64,000 nucleotides of DNA from a virus. Taxonomy: Duplodnaviria > Caudoviricetes. The translations under genes were made by a program, and so were the position numbers. The stretch spans positions 172,091 to 236,090 of IMG/VR virus record IMGVR_UViG_3300005544_000020; one strand, given 5' to 3'. The notes under the pieces were generated by a model. The model did no database searches. It saw only the letters and a program-made list of their open reading frames with translations, and was not told where the DNA came from. The stretch's first letter is position 1; every line of letters starts with the position of its first letter. Below, in pieces: positions 8,527-16,969 of the stretch.

Positions 8527-9270
8527 TTAGTTCCGAGCTACCCCGCAGGCCGTGTCCATCAGGCCGTGCAGGGCCTGCGTGGCGCGCGGGCGCTCGAAGA
8601 GGTTCGACTCCTTCAGGATCTCGGTGAAGGCGTTGAAGAGACGCCAGCCGTTCCGGGCCGTCGTGAACTCGGCGTGCCGGGGCTCGCGCCACTCCTTCAG
8701 GATCTTGGGGATGTACGTCACGGGCGCGATCCGGTTGTCGAGGGCCTGGATGACGATGTCGTGGGCCTGCGTGTCGGACATCTCGAAGCGCTTGTAGGTG
8801 TCGATCCGGTCGTCCTGCCGCTTGCGGAGGTCGCCGATCCGGCCGACGGCGGACTGGATCAGGTTGGGGAGATCGCGCTCGATGAAGACGGTGTGCTTGC
8901 GGCCGATCTTGACCTCGCCGCTGAAGGCGAGGTTGTCGCAGACGAAGACGCCCGAGCCGACCACGAGACCCGCGGGGAAGCTCTTGTCGTGCGAATTGCG
9001 GAGGCCGACGACCAGCGAGTAGTCGACCGGGTTGTTGCCGTTCTTGAGCTGGAACATGCCGAAGTAGCGCTGGCCTTCGTGCGCGAGCGCATGGGCCTCC
9101 GTCACGACGTGGAGGCCGCTGCGGTCGAGCGATTCGATCACGCCGTTGATGAACCGCTTGTGGGGAATCGGGTGCCACGTCTCCGTCTTCCGAGGGGTCT
9201 TGACCACGTCCACCTGGGCGCGCTCGACACTCATCGCTCCCGCGTGCAACATCAAGTTCAGAGCCTTCAT
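8527..9270 (-). CDS. DUF932-family protein
   Basis: TETWHPIPH, RYFGMFQL, GLRNSHDKS, VFVCDNLAF, WRLFNAFTE. Confidence 0.8.
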   Translation of the reverse strand: MKALNLMLHAGAMSVERAQVDVVKTPRKTETWHPIPHKRFINGVIESLDRSGLHVVTEAHALAHEGQRYFGMFQLKNGNNPVDYSLVVGLRNSHDKSFPAGLVVGSGVFVCDNLAFSGEVKIGRKHTVFIERDLPNLIQSAVGRIGDLRKRQDDRIDTYKRFEMSDTQAHDIVIQALDNRIAPVTYIPKILKEWREPRHAEFTTARNGWRLFNAFTEILKESNLFERPRATQALHGLMDTACGVARN

Positions 9271-9310
9271 CGTTGTCTCCTTCCAATCGCTCCCCTATTG
9301 GAGCTACTGG

Positions 9311-9339
9311 AGTATAGACCCGAGTATATAGCAGGTCAA
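9311..9339 (-). promoter_or_regulatory. sigma70-type promoter, class A
   Basis: TTGACC-N17-TATACT; shares the upstream GATTTCTGAAAAATA tract. Confidence 0.8.
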
Positions 9340-9369
9340 GACCTTAATCGCGATTTCTGAAAAATACTT

Positions 9370-9588
9370 TTAGTCGGGCCCGACGCTTGAGAAGAGAGGG
9401 TCGATCCGGATCTCGAAGCGCCGGCGCGCGACCTCGAGATCATTGAAAGGCCCAAAGATGGCATCAGTCTCCATGCAGGCGACGTAGTTCTCTTCCATCC
9501 CACCAGGGCCTTGCAGCCAACCCCAGAAAGGACCGTAGTCCGACTGCTTCAGGATCCGGACTTCGAAGCCGGTCTTGGGGTCGATCAT
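9370..9588 (-). CDS. hypothetical protein
   Basis: ATGA-coupled start MIDPKTGF. Confidence 0.6.
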   Translation of the reverse strand: MIDPKTGFEVRILKQSDYGPFWGWLQGPGGMEENYVACMETDAIFGPFNDLEVARRRFEIRIDPLFSSVGPD

Positions 9589-10028
9589 GTCTTCTCCTTT
9601 TCGGCCCAATGATCCGTCCCCGGCTTCAGATTCCGATCCGTCTTGCATTCGTTGGCGCCATGCTCTCCACAGCAGCCCCATTCGCCGCACTGATCGGGCC
9701 AGACCATCTGCTGGAGCTTGAACTCGGCGCTCTCCAAGGCCTTCCTGGCCGCGTGGTGAAGACCGGGATTCGTGTCGAGTTCATGCAGGATCAGGTAGAA
9801 CAGATTCCGAGCCTCGCTCGTCGTGAGCGGGCCGTCCTTGGAGCTTTCCGGAACGTACTTCTCCATGACGTGCCCCTGCTTCAAGCACCAAAGGCATCCT
9901 TGCCTTTCAAGGCTCTCGACCTTCTCCTCGGCATGGAAGTCGTTTGAATAGACTCCCATCCTCACTCCGTCCTCGTAGATGGCGCCGCCAGGGCAGAAGA
10001 CGATGTGCAGGGGCTTGAAGTCGTTCAT
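9585..10028 (-). CDS. hypothetical protein
   Basis: ORF track; ATGA overlaps. Confidence 0.7.
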   Translation of the reverse strand: MNDFKPLHIVFCPGGAIYEDGVRMGVYSNDFHAEEKVESLERQGCLWCLKQGHVMEKYVPESSKDGPLTTSEARNLFYLILHELDTNPGLHHAARKALESAEFKLQQMVWPDQCGEWGCCGEHGANECKTDRNLKPGTDHWAEKEKT

Positions 10029-10315
10029 AGGATGTTCTCCAGGATCTCTCGGACCCCCTTCGCCTGGTCCTTCAGGATCTTGTTCTGTTCCTTGGTCGAA
10101 AGCCCGTTCCAGAATTGCGCAAATTTCGTGTGCTTGAGCAGCTTCTCCATGACCCGGTCGATGAGGCGCTTTACATTGTCTTCGATCCGGTGCCGGATCA
10201 TGACCAGCTTGAGGTCGGCCCTCCCCGCGGTCTTCTTGTAAAACTGCCTGGCCGCTTTCTCGCTCGTGAAGAATTTCTTGAGCTCGTACTCGACTTCCCA
10301 GACCTGGCCCTTCAT
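10025..10315 (-). CDS. hypothetical protein
   Basis: ORF track; ATGA overlaps. Confidence 0.7.
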   Translation of the reverse strand: MKGQVWEVEYELKKFFTSEKAARQFYKKTAGRADLKLVMIRHRIEDNVKRLIDRVMEKLLKHTKFAQFWNGLSTKEQNKILKDQAKGVREILENIL

Positions 10316-10518
10316 GCTTGCCTCACGATTTCCATGGCGACGTCGAGCGTCGACTTACGGAGCCGGTCGACGAAATCGTCGCCGACCATCCTCTTCTTCA
10401 GATCCGCGAGCTTCCTGATGATGTCCATCTTCTGCTCATGGAGCTGCTGCTGCCAGCAGGCCCGGTCATGATCGCCCTGCTCCATCCCGCAGGTTGTGCA
10501 ACGAGTCGCGTTCATCAC
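10312..10518 (-). CDS. hypothetical protein
   Basis: ORF track. Confidence 0.65.
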   Translation of the reverse strand: MMNATRCTTCGMEQGDHDRACWQQQLHEQKMDIIRKLADLKKRMVGDDFVDRLRKSTLDVAMEIVRQA

Positions 10519-10739
10519 AGCTTCTTCCCCGTCAACAGATAGACCATGTTGGCCTTCTTGCGGTCCGTATCGAAGCCGCCGTTCAGGATGGATCCCAACA
10601 TCATCCTGTCCCGAAGAGCTTCGCCCTTCATCATGAGATCGGTGACCGTGGCCGCTTGCTGCCGGGCCTCATCGCGTTCCTGGAGCGCCTGGTAAAGTGC
10701 GTTCTCCAGGTCGGCGCAACGGTCGCATTTGTGGATCAT
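10515..10739 (-). CDS. hypothetical protein
   Basis: Start MIHKCDRC after GGAG RBS. Confidence 0.65.
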   Translation of the reverse strand: MIHKCDRCADLENALYQALQERDEARQQAATVTDLMMKGEALRDRMMLGSILNGGFDTDRKKANMVYLLTGKKL

Positions 10740-10750
10740 GGCTCTTCTCC

Positions 10751-11206
10751 TCAGCGATTCGGATTCTTGGCTTCGGTCGACTTCTTGAGCGCATCCCAGC
10801 ATCGAGAGAGGATCACGCCGGCCTCGGTGCCCATGAGGGCGTCCCACTTCTCTCGCTCGAAGTCGCGGACGTAGCGGAGAGCTCCGAGAGCCTGGATCGC
10901 CGCGGCCTCCACGGAAGGAGTTGGATCATCCTTCGCGAAGACCTCTCCCACGATCTTGGGAGACGGCATCGGGACCGCCGCCGCTTTGCTGGACGGAGGA
11001 TCGAACGGATGCATCTCCATGAGATCGCTCAGGCAGCGAAGGGTATCTCCTTCTGGATGATGTCCCATCTTCAGGAAGTCTGCCTTGTTGTTCCGGACAG
11101 CCCGGAAGAGTTGCTCGAGGGTCATCACCCATCGGCAGTTCTTGCTATGGGTGGATTCGAGCCCGCAGAATGGGCACGGCTGCTGGGTCGTTGTCCAGGC
11201 CTTCAC
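10751..11206 (-). CDS. hypothetical protein with N-terminal CxxC
   Basis: ORF track; GTGA overlap. Confidence 0.7.
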   Translation of the reverse strand: MKAWTTTQQPCPFCGLESTHSKNCRWVMTLEQLFRAVRNNKADFLKMGHHPEGDTLRCLSDLMEMHPFDPPSSKAAAVPMPSPKIVGEVFAKDDPTPSVEAAAIQALGALRYVRDFEREKWDALMGTEAGVILSRCWDALKKSTEAKNPNR

Positions 11207-11388
11207 TTGGTTGCCTCCCTATTCCAGTCCTTCTTGTATTCGCCCATCTGGTCGAAGAGTTCCTTGGCCTCTTCCTCTGAAATCTTCATAGTCATTTCGC
11301 CCGAACCCTGACCAACCCTGATGAGGAAGATGCGCGGCTCGCCAGGCGCCTGACCGGACGTCCAGAGGAACTTGATGTCGCGTTTCAT
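11203..11388 (-). CDS. hypothetical protein
   Basis: Start MKRDIKF. Confidence 0.6.
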   Translation of the reverse strand: MKRDIKFLWTSGQAPGEPRIFLIRVGQGSGEMTMKISEEEAKELFDQMGEYKKDWNREATK

Positions 11389-11392
11389 CGCA

Positions 11393-11647
11393 TCACATCG
11401 TGTTGAACACGATCTCCATCGCCTGTTCCTTCGTGAGCCCGATCGACTGGTTCTGCTCGTCGGCGAATTTCTTGGCGTCGTCCCAGGTCTTGAAGTCGAA
11501 GCCGCCCACGCGGATCGGCGTGTAGCCGCGGATCCCGTAGTCCGCGCGGCCGATGATGAAGCCTTCCGGCACCACGATGGCGGTGAAGGCATGCTTCCCG
11601 ATCAGTTCTTTCTTCAGCAGTCCAGTCTTCATCGTTTTCCTCGGCAT
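11393..11647 (-). CDS. hypothetical protein
   Basis: ORF track. Confidence 0.7.
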   Translation of the reverse strand: MPRKTMKTGLLKKELIGKHAFTAIVVPEGFIIGRADYGIRGYTPIRVGGFDFKTWDDAKKFADEQNQSIGLTKEQAMEIVFNTM

Positions 11648-11754
11648 TTCAGGCTATCTGGGCGGCGCACGACGGGTGCGCCAATGCAGATGGCCTTGTC
11701 ATGCGGCACCTCGCGGTACCGGCCGGGCTGCATCCTTCCCAGCCTCGTCTACTT

Positions 11755-12012
11755 CTACCAGCCGAATTCCCGGCCGGTCCTGTTGATCATGGCCTGCACT
11801 TCAGGCGGATTCTTGTTGTACTTGTAGCCGCAGGCCGGCCCGAGGCACATTCCCATCGTACGGCCGCCATTGTGGAGCATCCGATGGAAGCCAAGCGCAC
11901 ACCGGAGCGGCTGCTGCGAGCCGGACGCCCGGAGCTTGTGCCGGAAGATAGCCACCCCCACAACGGCCAGCATGATCACGATTCCAACCGTCATACCGAT
12001 CATGAATTCCAT
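11755..12012 (-). CDS. small membrane-anchored protein with C/H Zn motif
   Basis: N-terminal hydrophobic helix; CALGFH...CLGPACG. Confidence 0.7.
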   Translation of the reverse strand: MEFMIGMTVGIVIMLAVVGVAIFRHKLRASGSQQPLRCALGFHRMLHNGGRTMGMCLGPACGYKYNKNPPEVQAMINRTGREFGW

Positions 12013-12023
12013 GGTGCTCTCCT

Positions 12024-12233
12024 TCAGTGGATCCGGACCTTGACCCGATTCCCGGTCCTGGTGTCCACCAGGATGAAGTACTTCAGATCTTCCGTGGGAT
12101 GGTTCGGGAACATCACGTAGTGATCCTTCCCGAGCTGCTGGCCCATGTGGTAGAGATCGTGGTTGAAAGGGTTGCCGGGGCCGGTGGGCGCCATCGGCTC
12201 CAGATGGCAGATCAGGTTTTCCGTGTCGGTCAT
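12024..12233 (-). CDS. hypothetical protein
   Basis: Start MTDTENL after GAGAGG RBS. Confidence 0.65.
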   Translation of the reverse strand: MTDTENLICHLEPMAPTGPGNPFNHDLYHMGQQLGKDHYVMFPNHPTEDLKYFILVDTRTGNRVKVRIH

Positions 12234-12246
12234 GGTTCCTCTCTTT

Positions 12247-12369
12247 CTAGTCGCAATCCGGCTCGCCCATGCACGGAGGGCACATGGGCTTGTCGGAACT
12301 CTTGGGCTTGCCGCAGTCGCAATGGAACGGGTCGCGATCATCTTCCGGGTCCATCAAATCCTCCGCCAT
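12247..12369 (-). CDS. tiny Cys-rich peptide (40 aa)
   Basis: MAEDLMDPEDDRDPFHCDCGKPKSSDKPMCPPC..., translated by hand. Confidence 0.45.
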   Translation of the reverse strand: MAEDLMDPEDDRDPFHCDCGKPKSSDKPMCPPCMGEPDCD

Positions 12370-12448
12370 GAAAAAGAACCGGGGGAGCTGCTCACTTAAG
12401 CGCGGCCCCGATAGCAGCCATGCCGTACCGCGCGCCCGATTCGTTTCT

Positions 12449-12634
12449 TCAACTGCTCTGTTCGGTCTCCTTGGATTCCTTGGGTTGCGCCGCTTCCCAT
12501 CCGGAGAGGAAGGCGTCCCTGATCCAGTCGCGCACGATCCCCTGGTTGAACTCCCTCGTGTTGCGCTGAACGCCGGGTAGATGCTCCTGCGCGTACTGGT
12601 TTGCCTGGGCTCTGACGTTCCGGGGGATGCTCAC
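12449..12634 (-). CDS. hypothetical protein
   Basis: GTGA-coupled start VSIPRNVR. Confidence 0.6.
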   Translation of the reverse strand: MSIPRNVRAQANQYAQEHLPGVQRNTREFNQGIVRDWIRDAFLSGWEAAQPKESKETEQSS

Positions 12635-12963
12635 GCCTTCACCAATCCCCGATTGGGCTGCTCGGCCCTGGCGATCGCCCGCTGGAGGATCCCCATGGCC
12701 TTGTCGACCCAGCTCTTGCCCGGGGCGCTCTTCGTCTTGTGGGCTTCGAGCCAATCGGCCAGCCGGAAGACCGGGAACTGGCGAAGCTGCCAGTCATGCA
12801 TCCCGGCCTCGAGCATGGTCTCGACGTGGGTGTGGATCCAGGGCTCCTGGATCTCCTTGCCCTTGGCCTCGAGCCAGCAGTCGAAGTGCGCCCAGTGCCG
12901 GGCCGCGTACTTGAACATGTTCTGGCGCTTGTGGTCCTGTTTGCAGAAGCGGCACGTGTGCAT
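12631..12963 (-). CDS. hypothetical protein with CxxC..H..C
   Basis: ORF track. Confidence 0.7.
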   Translation of the reverse strand: MHTCRFCKQDHKRQNMFKYAARHWAHFDCWLEAKGKEIQEPWIHTHVETMLEAGMHDWQLRQFPVFRLADWLEAHKTKSAPGKSWVDKAMGILQRAIARAEQPNRGLVKA

Positions 12964-12964
12964 G

Positions 12965-13324
12965 TTACCCTCTCGAAATCATCTGGTCCGCGGTCGTCAC
13001 CTTCTCCCAGCCGATGGGGACGCAGACGTAGGCATCGTTCCCCATCACGAGGACGTCGCCGATATGCGTCGAACGGAACCGGTTGCGGTCGGCCATCTTC
13101 ACCTCGACCTCGCGATTGAGAGGCCAAGAGTGATTGATGTTCTGGGTCAGCCGGTAGGCCTCGTCCAGAGCGCGCAGATCGATGCTCTTCGTCTCGACGG
13201 AGGCGACGAGCTCGTGATTCTCGGGGAAGTTGATCGGCGTCATGCCGTCGCCGATCTCGGACAGCAGGCTCCGTTCACTCAGGGACCGCGCGTCCTTGAC
13301 GTGGTACACCAGGATCTTGGTCAT
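12965..13324 (-). CDS. YodL-like (RSxSVGDV-type) phage protein
   Basis: RSTHIGDVLV..Y.C..IGW motif; first gene after a class A promoter. Confidence 0.55.
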   Translation of the reverse strand: MTKILVYHVKDARSLSERSLLSEIGDGMTPINFPENHELVASVETKSIDLRALDEAYRLTQNINHSWPLNREVEVKMADRNRFRSTHIGDVLVMGNDAYVCVPIGWEKVTTADQMISRG

Positions 13325-13350
13325 CGCGTCTCCTTCCTTTGACTGGGTTG

Positions 13351-13380
13351 AGTATAGACTCCAGTGTATACTCATGTCAA
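13351..13380 (-). promoter_or_regulatory. sigma70-type promoter, class A, with GAGTATA-N10-TATACTC operator
   Basis: TTGACA-N18-TATACT plus conserved upstream A/T tract. Confidence 0.8.
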
Positions 13381-13422
13381 GCGTTGAAAACGGATTTCTG
13401 AAAAATAAATTCCGGGTGGGAG

Positions 13423-13582
13423 CGTGAGCCTTATGCTACGGCGTGGGCTTGAGAGGAAGTACCTGAGTTACTCACGCCGGCGAAGGCGCCGGCGGTTGTG
13501 ACGAGTCCTCAAGACACTCTTTCAAGAACAGTGGAAATGCAATCCATCGTTGATGACCGCACGCCGTAGCATAAGGCTCACG
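13423..13582. ncRNA. candidate structured ncRNA (160 nt, perfect 23-bp closing stem, multibranch interior)
   Basis: CGTGAGCCTTATGCTACGGCGTG at 13423-13445 and its exact reverse complement at 13560-13582; inner CTTGAG/CTCAAG and GCCGGCG/CGCCGGC stems; no plausible CDS. Confidence 0.55.
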
Positions 13583-13675
13583 ATGACTTCTCTTCCTGCA
13601 TCGGAACAGGGCAAAACACGACTTCTTCTCAACTTCACGCGATTGAACCCAGTTTACCGGATCTAGGAAGGCTGA

Positions 13676-14119
13676 TCAAGGAGTCCTGATGGTGGGATGA
13701 CCAGGATGGGTATCGGTCCAGTGCGCATGATCCTGCGTTAGTTCGGCCTTCTGATAGTCGGAGAGATTCGGGGCGCCGCATTCCACAAATCCCGACTGGA
13801 CCGCCTTCCGGAAGTTTTCTCTAACCTCGCGCAACTCGGTTCTGACGCTGGTCATGGCTTCGCGAGTCGGAGTTCCTTTCAGCAGTTTGGAGATCTTCTG
13901 GACTCCCTCGCCGATCCTTTTCACTTCTTCGGGAGACGTCTTCAGATTCTTCTTGAGCGCCCCAAGACTATCTTTGATTTCGCCGAGCGCGCCGCGGCTC
14001 TTGAATAGATCGATGTCCTCGGTGATATCCACCTCGATATGGAGCTCGTTGAGCGCCTGGCCGATCCGGCCGATGGCGATTCCCTTCCTGAGACAGCTCA
14101 CCTTCATGTTCACCATCAT
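13676..14119 (-). CDS. hypothetical helical protein
   Basis: ORF track; ATGA overlap. Confidence 0.7.
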   Translation of the reverse strand: MMVNMKVSCLRKGIAIGRIGQALNELHIEVDITEDIDLFKSRGALGEIKDSLGALKKNLKTSPEEVKRIGEGVQKISKLLKGTPTREAMTSVRTELREVRENFRKAVQSGFVECGAPNLSDYQKAELTQDHAHWTDTHPGHPTIRTP

Positions 14120-14667
14120 GCCACCAGGAAAGTAGCTCCGACGATCGCAAGAACGCCCAGGACCATGGGCAGCACGGGAGAGCTTTCTTCGGTCTTCTCT
14201 TCAACGAAGGCTGGAAGCTCCATTGGAACGTCCTTCGGCGGCCGCGGCGTCGACGCGCGCTTGATTCTCTTCATTTCCAGAAGAGCTTGGCCTTCACCTT
14301 CCTCCGGCCGACGCTTGCCGCAGGTCTTGACCACGACCTGGGCGACGGACTTGAGCTCCGATCTGGCCGCCGCTAAGTTTTCTGCCGCCTTCTCCTTGTT
14401 GAAGCCGAAGCCGCTTTCGACTTCCTTGTATTCCTGCAGTTTCGCAAGAATGATCTTCAGTTGGGGACGGACGGTTGTCTGAAGTTTCTCGAGCTGCCGG
14501 GCGGCATCGTAAGCGGCTTCTGCGCCTGGACGCACAGCGTAGGCGGGAGACCATTTCTTTTCGTTTCCAAGGCCTCGCTCAAAGGATGCAAGGCCCGCCG
14601 CCATCCGACCTAAGAGGATGCCGCTCGCCATACAGCGGGCAGGCGTGTAGACATCCTTCTTAGCCAT
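14116..14667 (-). CDS. hypothetical protein with C-terminal transmembrane anchor
   Basis: Ends VLPMVLGVLAIVGATFLVA. Confidence 0.75.
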   Translation of the reverse strand: MAKKDVYTPARCMASGILLGRMAAGLASFERGLGNEKKWSPAYAVRPGAEAAYDAARQLEKLQTTVRPQLKIILAKLQEYKEVESGFGFNKEKAAENLAAARSELKSVAQVVVKTCGKRRPEEGEGQALLEMKRIKRASTPRPPKDVPMELPAFVEEKTEESSPVLPMVLGVLAIVGATFLVA

Positions 14668-15131
14668 CAGGCAGCCGGAACGGCCTCGTAACCAGGGACC
14701 TTGCCCTTCACGGCCTGGATCGCCTTCACCATGGCCATGAAACGCTCAGGGTCGAACTCCATGGACTGGAGCGCAACCGCCGTCGGGAGATCGAAGAGGA
14801 TCGTGCCGCGCTCCGTTAGGAAGGCCCGGTTCTCTCCGTCCTCGTAGATCATCTCGGCGCCTTGCCGGAGGCGGTCCAGGCGGATCTTCTTGGCCTCGTC
14901 CGCGATGAACTCGATGGTGTCGGCGTCCGCCAGATGTTCAGGATGCTCGTTGTAGTAGAGCGTCCAGCAGTCCCCGCACCAATAGCGCCCCTGATAGGGG
15001 CCAGCCTGGAATGGATCGCCGGCTGGGATGCCCGACTGAGGCACCTTCACCGGCGCCTCGCAGATGCCGCACCCGCGTTTTGCAGCGTTGATTTTGATCA
15101 GCGGAGTCTTGGGATCATCCAAAGGAAGCAT
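14667..15131 (-). CDS. hypothetical Zn-binding protein
   Basis: CGIC and CGDC; TGATG coupling. Confidence 0.75.
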   Translation of the reverse strand: MLPLDDPKTPLIKINAAKRGCGICEAPVKVPQSGIPAGDPFQAGPYQGRYWCGDCWTLYYNEHPEHLADADTIEFIADEAKKIRLDRLRQGAEMIYEDGENRAFLTERGTILFDLPTAVALQSMEFDPERFMAMVKAIQAVKGKVPGYEAVPAA

Positions 15132-15766
15132 CAGAGGCCTTCACGCAGGAAGTACTTGGTTTCTTGCTCATGTTCGGTATCGCTCGGACAGGAACGACGC
15201 CGGCGCTGGATCTCGATGAAGACGTCTGCGGCCGCCCGGGCATCGACGATCGCCCGATGGGAAGTTTCCGACTTGAGTCCGAAGAAGGCGATGGCTTCAG
15301 AAAGCTTGGGATATTTAGGGGAACCGTTATAGCGTGTTTCCAGGGCTCCCTCGGCTTCCATGATCTCCATGGCCATCAGCATGATGCAATCACCCCAGCG
15401 ATTGATCGGGGTGTTCCAGGGATCCTGTCTCAGGAATTGGCTGTCAAAAATGTTGTTGAAAGAGTGAAGCGTCGCTCCCCGGTGCCTCTCCACAAGCGCC
15501 TGGAAGCCCTCTGCCGCCTCCTGCGACCTCGGGGCGTCCTTGAGGTCCTCCGCGGTCAGTTTATTCACTGCCATGGCCTCTGGATGCGCTTTAGCCAGGG
15601 CCTCCCTGCCGGGATTGACGAGGGTGCCCCAACGCTCGATCTCAACGAGGTCTTGATCTAAGACGATGGCAGCTACCTCCACGATCTTGGAATTATAGGG
15701 ATTGCGCCCTGTCGTTTCAACGTCTGGAATAATGAATTTTAGCACGCTGGTCCCCGCTCTACCCAT
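15131..15766 (-). CDS. DEDDh 3'-5' exonuclease (DnaQ/epsilon-like)
   Basis: DVETTG (ExoI), HSFNNIFD (ExoII), HRAIVDA (ExoIII). Confidence 0.9.
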   Translation of the reverse strand: MGRAGTSVLKFIIPDVETTGRNPYNSKIVEVAAIVLDQDLVEIERWGTLVNPGREALAKAHPEAMAVNKLTAEDLKDAPRSQEAAEGFQALVERHRGATLHSFNNIFDSQFLRQDPWNTPINRWGDCIMLMAMEIMEAEGALETRYNGSPKYPKLSEAIAFFGLKSETSHRAIVDARAAADVFIEIQRRRRSCPSDTEHEQETKYFLREGL

Positions 15767-15786
15767 TGTAACCCATATATTTCGGA

Positions 15787-15814
15787 TTGACTAAGGAATC
15801 TTCGGCGTTATACT
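15787..15814 (+). promoter_or_regulatory. sigma70-type promoter antisense to the surrounding genes
   Basis: TTGACT-N16-TATACT. Confidence 0.65.
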
Positions 15815-15820
15815 TATAGT

Positions 15821-15930
15821 GCGATCGGGAGGCAGAACTCGGCGCCCTTGCGGGGTACCGAATTCTGTTTCCCCCTCTCTCCAGGGCCAGGCCGTCGAGA
15901 AGTAAAACTCGGTGGCCTGGCTCCTTTTAT
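15821..15930 (+). ncRNA. candidate two-hairpin small RNA
   Basis: 15/16-bp stem (15827-42/15858-73), 13-bp stem (15887-99/15908-20), then CTCCTTTTATTT; G-U wobbles fall on the plus strand. Confidence 0.55.
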
Positions 15931-15932
15931 TT

Positions 15933-16727
15933 CTAGACCGCTAGAGCCTGCGGAAACTCCTGAACCTGTAGATCCAGAGGCCATTCCGTCGAGTCCTTCC
16001 CTGCTATGTCCTTGCAATGCATCTCACGCGCCAAGACCGTGCCTTTCTGCTTGAAGTGGAAGGAAGCACCGGTCTCGCGACACTGTTTGAGGATGTCCCG
16101 GGCCCAGCCCGCATCCATCCGGCGCGCACCATGACCGCTTTCGCCGCCGACGACGGCCCAGCGCAGTCGATCAGGAGCCAGCCAGCGGCGGAGATCCAGA
16201 GGCCCCATGAGCGGCTCAGCCGAAAGCCAGTGGCAGACGGCTGGCACCTCGAGCAGCTCCGGGATCCGCTCATCGGCCCAGACCTGATTCGCCGCCGTCA
16301 CACCGAGCCAGACGTTCGGCCGCGGATTCTTGATCCATTCCGGCGGCAGCATGGTCTTGTAGTTCTTATGCCGTTTCGTGAGCAGGAGCCAGATCAGATT
16401 CTCCGTCTGCTCGATCAGAGGCCATAGCCGGGCCCGGCCTCCGTCGAGATCCCGGCGGTCTTCCAGGATGTCCGACATCGAAGCACAGAAGACGTAGGCT
16501 TTCGTGCCTGCCTTCGCCGCCGCCCGGTTCCAGCGCAGCGGATCATTCCAGTAATGATCGCCGTTCATCTTGCGGGGAGCCTTCTCACCCCACAGCTCAT
16601 GCCCGAGCCGCTTGCTGAAGTCCCTCGCATAGCAATGGGAACAGGCGGGATCCTCCGGGACTTCATCGCACCCCCACCAAGGAGAGAAGGTATGATCGGT
16701 CCACGAAATCTTGCTGTCCTTACCCAT
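15933..16727 (-). CDS. DUF5131 (phage Gp37/Gp68) family protein
   Basis: SKISWTDHTFSPWWGC..CSHCYA, VFCASMSD, WLLLTKR, SAEPLMG, VVGGESG, FHFKQKG. Confidence 0.9.
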   Translation of the reverse strand: MGKDSKISWTDHTFSPWWGCDEVPEDPACSHCYARDFSKRLGHELWGEKAPRKMNGDHYWNDPLRWNRAAAKAGTKAYVFCASMSDILEDRRDLDGGRARLWPLIEQTENLIWLLLTKRHKNYKTMLPPEWIKNPRPNVWLGVTAANQVWADERIPELLEVPAVCHWLSAEPLMGPLDLRRWLAPDRLRWAVVGGESGHGARRMDAGWARDILKQCRETGASFHFKQKGTVLAREMHCKDIAGKDSTEWPLDLQVQEFPQALAV

Positions 16728-16729
16728 GG

Positions 16730-16969
16730 CTACTCTTCCTCATCGTCATCTTCGGGGAATGGATCGTCCACGATCAGCGTGCTTGAGGCCCGGTTTACCT
16801 GTAGAAGATACCCGCCCTTCTTCAGATAGGCAACGAGCTGATCGCATTCCTCTTTGGAATGGACTTTCGCAGTCACCTGATCGAGGCACTTGTCATGTGG
16901 CGAATTCTTCCGAGCCTCGATGACGTACATCAGATGGCTCTTGGTCTCGTCGGGCTTATATTCGCTCAT
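16730..16969 (-). CDS. hypothetical protein with acidic tail
   Basis: ATGA-coupled start MSEYKPD; ends in TAG. Confidence 0.65.
   Translation of the reverse strand: MSEYKPDETKSHLMYVIEARKNSPHDKCLDQVTAKVHSKEECDQLVAYLKKGGYLLQVNRASSTLIVDDPFPEDDDEEE

Noticed and set aside
13423-13582. Hammerhead ribozyme or MITE
   Set aside because: TTGATGA and GAAA are present but no stem I can form between them; there is no target-site duplication and no transposase
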